DNA of 64,000 nucleotides from Candidatus Niyogibacteria bacterium (GTDB lineage Bacteria; Patescibacteriota; Minisyncoccia; JACROR01): NCBI GenBank assembly GCA_016214345.1, contig JACROR010000009.1, positions 241 to 64,240 of the forward strand, read 5' to 3'. Shown piece by piece: positions 57,743 to 64,000 of this stretch (position 1 is its first letter; each line of letters starts with the position of its first letter). The notes under the pieces were generated by a model. It saw only the letters and a program-made list of their open reading frames with translations, ran no database searches and was not told where the DNA came from. The position numbers and the translations under genes were made by a program.

Positions 57743-59302
57743 TTAAAATAAGTCAAGCAAAACATTATAAAAAGACTTTTTAGTAATTACTCCAACTTCC
57801 CCGTAAATAATCGCGTCTTGTCCGCGAACCGACGACTTCAATAAACGGCCGTGATTATCAAGCATATAAGAGGGGGCGAAATTGCTCGCTTGTAAATAAT
57901 AACGGTTATTCTCCACAGCCCGCACCTTGGCCATGGCAAGTATCTGTCTAAAATGAAGGGGCGATCCGTGAAAAACCGCATAAGACGAAACGCTGACTAA
58001 AACTTCCGCGCCCTTACTGGTAAGCTCGCGGTAAAGCAGAGGGGAAATGGTCTCGGAACAAAATAACGCGCCCACCTTAATTCCGCGGAATTCTCCCAGC
58101 GATGATATTCCGCTCCCTCCGCTAAACCCGCGATTGCGCGTAAAATCTTGCGCCCATTTAGAATATCCGACCGCCCGCGCCGCAATTTCGGTCAACCAAG
58201 GAAGATACTCTCCATGCGGCATCAAAAATAATTTATCATAATAATTATTAACGGCTTCGTTCGGCTTTTCAGTATTTAAATAAACCATCCTGGAATAAAC
58301 ACCTTCTTGGTTTGTACTTTTAGCGGGCAACGAATCAATCACCAACTTCTCGTCCTCGCCTAAAAACATTTTCAAAAATAAAAGACTGGGCGATCCGAGA
58401 GCTCCGATAAAGCCGGAGTGTTCGGGGAACACCAACAGATCGGTATTTTGTAAGCCATTCCGTTCCTTGTCTAAAAGTCCGTAAAGTTGCTCCAATTTCG
58501 CGCCGCGTCCCTCAAAAGACACGCCAAAGGTCGCCGGAACATTAGTAGTTACCAAAGCCGCGACCATGCGTTCCCGCGGACTAGCTGACTTTACCGATAA
58601 ATAATTAAGACCGCTTAAGATCGCCGCGATAAATAAGATCGCAAACACAAAAATAATCTTATTTTTCAGCAAAGAAAAAAAACCGTTCCGCCCTAAACGC
58701 CAAACTCCGTAAATCAAAATATTGCTCAAAATCACGACAAAACTTAAAAAATATATTCCTCCGAATCCTGCCAGCTGAAGCAATGCGGTGTTGGCCGTCA
58801 AAATGTATCCCAAAAACCCCATTGACCAATGCGCGCCGTATAACGCGCCGGGACCGGCCCAAAAAATAGAGAAAGCGAAAGATCGCGCGTATTCAAAAAT
58901 CACCCACAAAAAAGGCGCGATAAATAAATCCGCCACGGTATTCCGCTTATATTTCCAAAAAACAGCCGCCCACAAGGCTATAAATACCGCGAACACCGCG
59001 GAAGATAACGACCAAATAAAAAAAATCAGGGCGATGGCCGCGGACGCCGAATTAATACCCACCCAATTGAGCGGATACGCGTTCCAAAACCAGCTGATCA
59101 CTCCGCCCATAAAAATCAAGCCAAAAACCAAGCCCCCAATAAAGACTTTTTTGGCATTTTCCGCTTGGTATATCCATCCTATAAACGGAGCAATGGCTAA
59201 AAACCCCAACCACCAAAAAACCGGATAATTAAAGCTAACCAGCAATGCTAAAGCCGAAAAAACCGGCACTATGGCAATTTTCTTCACCCATTGAAATCTC
59301 AT
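57743..59302 (-). CDS. lnt: apolipoprotein N-acyltransferase
   Basis: N-terminal polytopic domain plus C-terminal CN-hydrolase domain (LVFPEHSGF). Confidence 0.75.
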   Translation of the reverse strand: MRFQWVKKIAIVPVFSALALLVSFNYPVFWWLGFLAIAPFIGWIYQAENAKKVFIGGLVFGLIFMGGVISWFWNAYPLNWVGINSASAAIALIFFIWSLSSAVFAVFIALWAAVFWKYKRNTVADLFIAPFLWVIFEYARSFAFSIFWAGPGALYGAHWSMGFLGYILTANTALLQLAGFGGIYFLSFVVILSNILIYGVWRLGRNGFFSLLKNKIIFVFAILFIAAILSGLNYLSVKSASPRERMVAALVTTNVPATFGVSFEGRGAKLEQLYGLLDKERNGLQNTDLLVFPEHSGFIGALGSPSLLFLKMFLGEDEKLVIDSLPAKSTNQEGVYSRMVYLNTEKPNEAVNNYYDKLFLMPHGEYLPWLTEIAARAVGYSKWAQDFTRNRGFSGGSGISSLGEFRGIKVGALFCSETISPLLYRELTSKGAEVLVSVSSYAVFHGSPLHFRQILAMAKVRAVENNRYYLQASNFAPSYMLDNHGRLLKSSVRGQDAIIYGEVGVITKKSFYNVLLDLF

Positions 59303-59402
59303 AGGAAATATTTAATCAAATTATACGCTTATGGCGCGTTTTTATCCACATTTTCCGACAAAATCGCTATTATAATATTGAAAAACTGATATAATAAATA
59401 TA

Positions 59403-60338
59403 ATGTATGGGCGCAATCCAAAGATTATATTAAGCGCGCTTTTGGCATTACTCGCCATGGTCTTATTTTTTTGGCTGTCAGGCGAAAAATTCTTGCAAAC
59501 AAATAAAGCTAAAAACGCGGGGCTTACCGCGGAAAGCCTCGCGATAGCGGACGCCAACGGCGACCCCGACCATGACGGACTAAAAAATTGGGAAGAGACT
59601 CTCTGGAAAACCGACCCCAATAATCCGGACACCGATGGAGACAAAACTCCTGACGGACAAGAAATAAAAGAAAATCGTAATCCACTTAAGGCGGGTCCTG
59701 ACGACAAACTAACGCCTCCGGAGACCAGCAACATAAATAATAATCAATTACTTGATACGAACGGAGCGTATTCTGTAAATTTAACTCAACAACTTAGCAA
59801 AAATTTTAATTCAGGCGCCCTGCAAGATCTGCGAAGCGGCAAATCGGGATTATCTTTGGGCAACTTGGACGCCAGCACCCAAACCGCCTTGCAAAATTTT
59901 AAAACCACCCTTACACCCAGCATTCCCCTGAATGAGCTGCTCGTTTCCCAGGATAACAGCGCCCAAGCCATACAAAAATATATTTTTGAAATAAACAAAC
60001 TGATGACCACGACAATACCCCCATCCATGTCAGAACAAAATGCTTTATTATCCATCACACAAAGCTATAACGATGCTCTGGCCGTGGAATACGCCAATTA
60101 TTACGCGCGAATAGCCGACAATTTGAAACAAATAAGCGTGCCGTCGGATTTTGCCGCGACGCACCAAAGAGGCGCGGAAATATTTTTAGGATTAAGCAAA
60201 ACTTATGAAGGATTGCGAAGCATGAAAAACGATCCGTTAAAAGCGCTGGTGGCCTTTCAGGAAAACATGACGCTACGCGATGAATTGGTCATATTATTAC
60301 AAAACTTCGCCGAACAAACTAAAAAATATGTTCAATGA
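59403..60338 (+). CDS. secreted protein with thrombospondin-type-3-like Ca-binding repeats
   Basis: Signal/TM then DPDHDGLKNWEE, DTDGDKTPDGQE. Confidence 0.5.
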   Translation: MYGRNPKIILSALLALLAMVLFFWLSGEKFLQTNKAKNAGLTAESLAIADANGDPDHDGLKNWEETLWKTDPNNPDTDGDKTPDGQEIKENRNPLKAGPDDKLTPPETSNINNNQLLDTNGAYSVNLTQQLSKNFNSGALQDLRSGKSGLSLGNLDASTQTALQNFKTTLTPSIPLNELLVSQDNSAQAIQKYIFEINKLMTTTIPPSMSEQNALLSITQSYNDALAVEYANYYARIADNLKQISVPSDFAATHQRGAEIFLGLSKTYEGLRSMKNDPLKALVAFQENMTLRDELVILLQNFAEQTKKYVQ

Positions 60339-62977
60339 TAACGCAACCGCGCAATAAAAAAAGTCTACGTGCGCTTAAAGCCGTTTCCGCGGCCGCGTTG
60401 GTATTTATTTTATTATCAACGGCAACTCCGCCAATGGCACTTGCCGGATCCGTTGGCGGAACTGGTGGTGCTACAGAAGTCTCCCAACTCGGACAATGGG
60501 CAAGCGACATTGCCTCCTGGGCCAAAGAATTTGCTAATAACCTGGCAAATATCGCCACAGCAAAATTACGCAAACAATTATTGGACACCATAGTCAACCA
60601 AATAATCATAAGCATACAAGGCAAAGGAAACCCGAAATTCGTAAATGATCTTGGCGGCATGTTAGAAGATGTGGTAAAAAATGCCGGAGCGCTCACTCTG
60701 CAAGAACTAACCGGCAAAGACTTCATGGAGGGACTCTGCCAGCCAAATTGGGCAATCAACATAAAAGCGGCGCTCACTCCAGCTCCCACCTTCGGAGAAA
60801 AAGCCCTGTGCAGTTTAGACCAAATTGGGGCAAATTATAATGACTTTATGGGCAAGTTCACCAATGGAGGGTGGTCAAATTGGATTAAAATATCAGAATC
60901 AAACAATAATCCTTACGTGATTTATATGACCGCGTTGAACGAAAAACTCACGCGCCAAGCGACAAAACAGGGCAGAGCTGAAGAAGAAGCGGCTATGGGT
61001 TTGGGATTTTTAGGCGACAAAGTTTGCGAGACCGAAACTCATTACGCAAGCGCCCAAGATGCCAAAGACGACTTCCTAACCGTAGAGAGCGGACTTACCG
61101 ATTCAGAGACAGAATTTGCCGACAAAGTTAAAAAGACTACGCTTGCCCAAGAACCTTATCACGATTACAAGTGCGTAAGCTGGATAACCAGGACTCCCGG
61201 GAAGATACTTGCCGATGCCACCAGCAAAAGTTTATTTAAGGACATGGACTGGCTAACCAACAATGCGGATTGGGAAAGTTATATGGTGGCCATAGGAGAC
61301 GCCCTGATAAACCGCCTCACCACAGAAGGCGTAGCAGCAATTAAAAAACTGGATATTAAAGCGGGCGGCACATTAGATGTTTCGGGAATAATAGACTTAA
61401 TTCCTCCGGCCACAGCCGCCACCATTATTGATCCATGGAGAATAAAACTTTCGCCCAACGAACCGAGTAAAACCGCGTACACCTTAGACGGAACAGAGCC
61501 AACTTTTTATGCAAAAACCGCAATGTTATACCAAAATATACCAATTGCGGTAATATCTTCCACCCACCCCGGAAGCACGCCCAAATCGCTTCGCTGGAGA
61601 AGTACGGATGAGGGCAGTAATACTGAAGATACGCGGATGCTTCCATTAGCCATTCGCACACCGTTTAATTTAAGCGAAATAAGCTCCTATTTAGCAACAC
61701 AAGACGCTTCTGTCCCGACCAATATCCAAAACGAGCTCAAAAGTTTCATAAACCAAGAATCTCAAAAAATGCTTAAGCTTGCCGATGATACCTCCATACC
61801 TAAAAATCTTATAGATGCTCTAAAAAGCTACATAGCCATAGAAGATTTTAGGATCAGCGTAGGCAAAACAACGGTAATCCCTTCATCCAAGCTAAGCGCA
61901 CTTAAAGCAATGGTGGCAAACCCAGCCTTGTATACCATTTCTGATTTTATAAATAATACGCAAAGCATAGCGGTCCTCGCGGATATGTTTACGGAAGCTA
62001 CAAACCTAAAACAAGCAAGAATCGACTTAAAAACTGTCGTGAATTATACATTAACAGCTGTCGGAACCGGATTTAACAACATAACTTTAATCCAGCTTGC
62101 TGACGCGCTCCGCTTGAGTCCGGAATTCGCATCTCTCCTGACAGAGACCGAAAGAATAATCGCAGAAAGATCGCTCGTAAAACTGGTTCCGTGGGATACT
62201 ACAAAAATTTATACCGTCATTGCCGCGGTGGACAGTCACAGTTTTGTTCTGCTTCCCAGTAGGCCGTCTGTCATAGCCTATAAGGTTGATGGCCTCACAG
62301 GTTGGGAATATTACACCGGAAAAATCACACTGCCTAACGATAAAGAATACAGCGTTTATTGGAATGCTTACGACTACATAGGCGGGCCAGAACACGCAGG
62401 AGGCAGTATAAAATTCAAACCGCCATTTCCCAACTCGGAACTTCCTTATTCGGCAGATTTAATAGCGCCCATCGCGGAAATTAAAAATGGTGACAACCTT
62501 GCTCTTACTAAAGACGCGTCGGGCTTTATTACCTTAGATCCATCACCTTCCGTGGATTTTGACATAACGCCCAATATCGTTGGGTATGAGTGGAGCTTCT
62601 CGGGCAAAACATCTTTTTGGGCAACATCTACTCCCTTTTATGATTGGGAGAGCTTTGACTTAAATCGGGACGGTACATTTGAAAAATACGGTTGCTCGTT
62701 AACCGCGAAAGCTGACAGCGCGACCAACCCCGATCCTATTTGCGCGCCAACTACAGGACTTAGCCTATCTAGCCCTGCCACAGTATTTAGCCCTGCCACA
62801 GGATATAGCCCTGCCACAGGATTTAGCGCCATGAGCATCGTAGACGCCAATAATGGCATAATCAAAGTAAAACTTTCTCCCGCCACCACCTCCTCGGAAA
62901 TACGCACCATAACACTTCGCGTTACCGACGATGAAGGTTTGACGACCGAAAAAAGCGTAACCGTAACCCTGCCATAA
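60335..62977 (+). CDS. large secreted/surface protein (880 aa) with C-terminal SPATG tandem repeats and Ig-like tail
   Basis: Signal peptide; 3 x SPATG from 62771-62830 DNA repeats. Confidence 0.55.
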   Translation: MITQPRNKKSLRALKAVSAAALVFILLSTATPPMALAGSVGGTGGATEVSQLGQWASDIASWAKEFANNLANIATAKLRKQLLDTIVNQIIISIQGKGNPKFVNDLGGMLEDVVKNAGALTLQELTGKDFMEGLCQPNWAINIKAALTPAPTFGEKALCSLDQIGANYNDFMGKFTNGGWSNWIKISESNNNPYVIYMTALNEKLTRQATKQGRAEEEAAMGLGFLGDKVCETETHYASAQDAKDDFLTVESGLTDSETEFADKVKKTTLAQEPYHDYKCVSWITRTPGKILADATSKSLFKDMDWLTNNADWESYMVAIGDALINRLTTEGVAAIKKLDIKAGGTLDVSGIIDLIPPATAATIIDPWRIKLSPNEPSKTAYTLDGTEPTFYAKTAMLYQNIPIAVISSTHPGSTPKSLRWRSTDEGSNTEDTRMLPLAIRTPFNLSEISSYLATQDASVPTNIQNELKSFINQESQKMLKLADDTSIPKNLIDALKSYIAIEDFRISVGKTTVIPSSKLSALKAMVANPALYTISDFINNTQSIAVLADMFTEATNLKQARIDLKTVVNYTLTAVGTGFNNITLIQLADALRLSPEFASLLTETERIIAERSLVKLVPWDTTKIYTVIAAVDSHSFVLLPSRPSVIAYKVDGLTGWEYYTGKITLPNDKEYSVYWNAYDYIGGPEHAGGSIKFKPPFPNSELPYSADLIAPIAEIKNGDNLALTKDASGFITLDPSPSVDFDITPNIVGYEWSFSGKTSFWATSTPFYDWESFDLNRDGTFEKYGCSLTAKADSATNPDPICAPTTGLSLSSPATVFSPATGYSPATGFSAMSIVDANNGIIKVKLSPATTSSEIRTITLRVTDDEGLTTEKSVTVTLP

Positions 62978-62983
62978 ATTAAA

Positions 62984-64000
62984 ATGAAAAAATTTTTGCC
63001 CCATATTCTAATAATTCTTTTCTGCCTCACGGTATTTTTTGCCGGAGTAAAATCAGCATACGCCGCAAGTCTGTTTGATGTGCTTAGCGATACGAAAATG
63101 GCGGTAGCGCAACTCGCGGGTTACGCGGTCTGGATATTGTTTTATCTTCCGGCGGCGGCGGTTTTATGGCTCGCGGGACAGATATTTAATTTTTCACTCT
63201 TCCTTTCTCTAAATAGCGGCGATTTGGGCAAAGAAATTATAACTATGGGCTGGGGGATATCGCGCGATGTCGCTAATTTATTCTTTATATTTATTCTTCT
63301 CTACATTTCCATAGCCACCATTTTGCGACTTTCCGGATATGGCGCGAAAGAACTGCTGGCAAGACTGGTAATAGTCGCGTTGTTGGTTAATTTCAGCCTG
63401 GTTTTCAGCCAGGCCGTAATTGACGCGTCAAATATTTTGGCTTTGGAATTTTATAACAAGATAAAGGTGGACAAGACGACAACCATTAAAATAGAAGGTT
63501 CGCAGGGATCGCCCCAAGATCTCTCCGCGGTTTTTATGAGCGGCTTCTCTCCGCAAAAACTTTTCTCGTCCCAAGAATTTGAAAAAGCTCTAAAAAACAC
63601 CGGGCCAATAGATATATTAATAAATACCGTAATAAAATTTATATTAGCCGCGACTATATCCCTTATGGCGGCATTCATTCTTTTGGCGGCGGCAGGTTTG
63701 TTTGTCATACGCACCGTAATTTTGTGGCTCCTTATGATATTGTCTCCCATTGCCTTCATAAGCATGATCTTGCCCGCCACCCGAAGCATGGCCAGCCGCT
63801 GGTGGAGCTCACTCTTTAAACAAGCATTTTTTGCTCCGGCGTTTTTATTTTTCTACTACCTGGTGGCGCAAATGATCGCTTCCAACTTTTTTGAAAAAAT
63901 GACTGTCACTTCTGGCTCGGATGTAACGGGACTCACGGCCACACTGCAAGCATCGCTTGGCACCTTTATGCAATTTTCCGTTTTGGGCATCTTGCTTGTC
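62984..64000 (+). CDS. polytopic membrane protein, VirB6/TrbL-like (partial, runs off window end)
   Basis: Signal peptide then at least 5 TM segments; open frame to window end; not in ORF track. Confidence 0.4.
   Translation, partial: MKKFLPHILIILFCLTVFFAGVKSAYAASLFDVLSDTKMAVAQLAGYAVWILFYLPAAAVLWLAGQIFNFSLFLSLNSGDLGKEIITMGWGISRDVANLFFIFILLYISIATILRLSGYGAKELLARLVIVALLVNFSLVFSQAVIDASNILALEFYNKIKVDKTTTIKIEGSQGSPQDLSAVFMSGFSPQKLFSSQEFEKALKNTGPIDILINTVIKFILAATISLMAAFILLAAAGLFVIRTVILWLLMILSPIAFISMILPATRSMASRWWSSLFKQAFFAPAFLFFYYLVAQMIASNFFEKMTVTSGSDVTGLTATLQASLGTFMQFSVLGILLV

Noticed and set aside
1-64000. CRISPR arrays and rRNA genes
   Set aside because: No regularly spaced direct repeats with unique spacers were found. 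No 16S/23S/5S-like conserved stretches were seen. The repeats present are tandem duplications, REPs or palindromes.
1-64000. Stop-codon reassignment (e.g. UGA=Gly)
   Set aside because: Conserved genes terminate with TGA (nusA, 787..1257), TAA (pnp) and TAG (htrA, valS) at the expected C-termini. The single in-frame TAA in rny is isolated.

Overview
The window is a low-GC, gene-dense bacterial chromosome segment (Gram-positive/CPR-like, standard code; TGA/TAA/TAG all stop) with ~70 CDS and 17 tRNA genes. Identified genes are HtrA, a VIT1 transporter, glutaredoxin, RluA, L19, TsaD, ValRS, PrsW-like protease, Hsp20, NusA, H+-pyrophosphatase, trigger factor, ClpP, iPGM, RNase Y + YmdB, HU, YraN, CCA enzyme, S15, NYN-domain protein, PNPase, TraR/DksA-like, ComM, an M23/LysM peptidase, a UvrD/PcrA helicase, RsmA and Lnt. 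A complete minus-strand type IV pilus locus spans 19.3-29.8 kb: histidine kinase, receiver-only response regulator, PilB, PilC, three prepilins, a 607-aa accessory protein and PilM/N/O. The accessory content is richer than the ORF track suggests. (1) At 41.6-46 kb there is a REP/RAYT system: a Y1 HuH transposase gene plus five copies of a palindromic REP (tcggaaaCTCCAtttccga) interleaved with five tRNAs, the CCA enzyme and a Xer-like recombinase bracketed by inverted REPs. (2) Several tRNA genes carry structural scars: a MITE-like element with 20-bp TIRs and an 11-bp TSD equal to the tRNA-Phe 5' end; tRNA-Arg(TCT) nested in a 14-bp inverted repeat next to a degenerate tRNA-like copy; a 5' half-duplicate of tRNA-Val; and a 129-nt-period tandem duplication of the tRNA-Leu 3' end. 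(3) rny carries an in-frame TAA. (4) Two pairs of unannotated small ORFs have strong Shine-Dalgarno sites: Cys/His-rich TM peptides beside xerC-like gene, and hydrophobic micro-ORFs upstream of a lipoprotein and Lnt. (5) Twin palindromes sit upstream of clpP. (6) A GC-rich island at 37.5 kb has a strong SD, a His/Cys-rich 67-aa ORF and a terminator. (7) The 3' end holds a putative secretion/conjugation-like module with a VirB6/TrbL-like membrane protein. No rRNA or CRISPR array was found.
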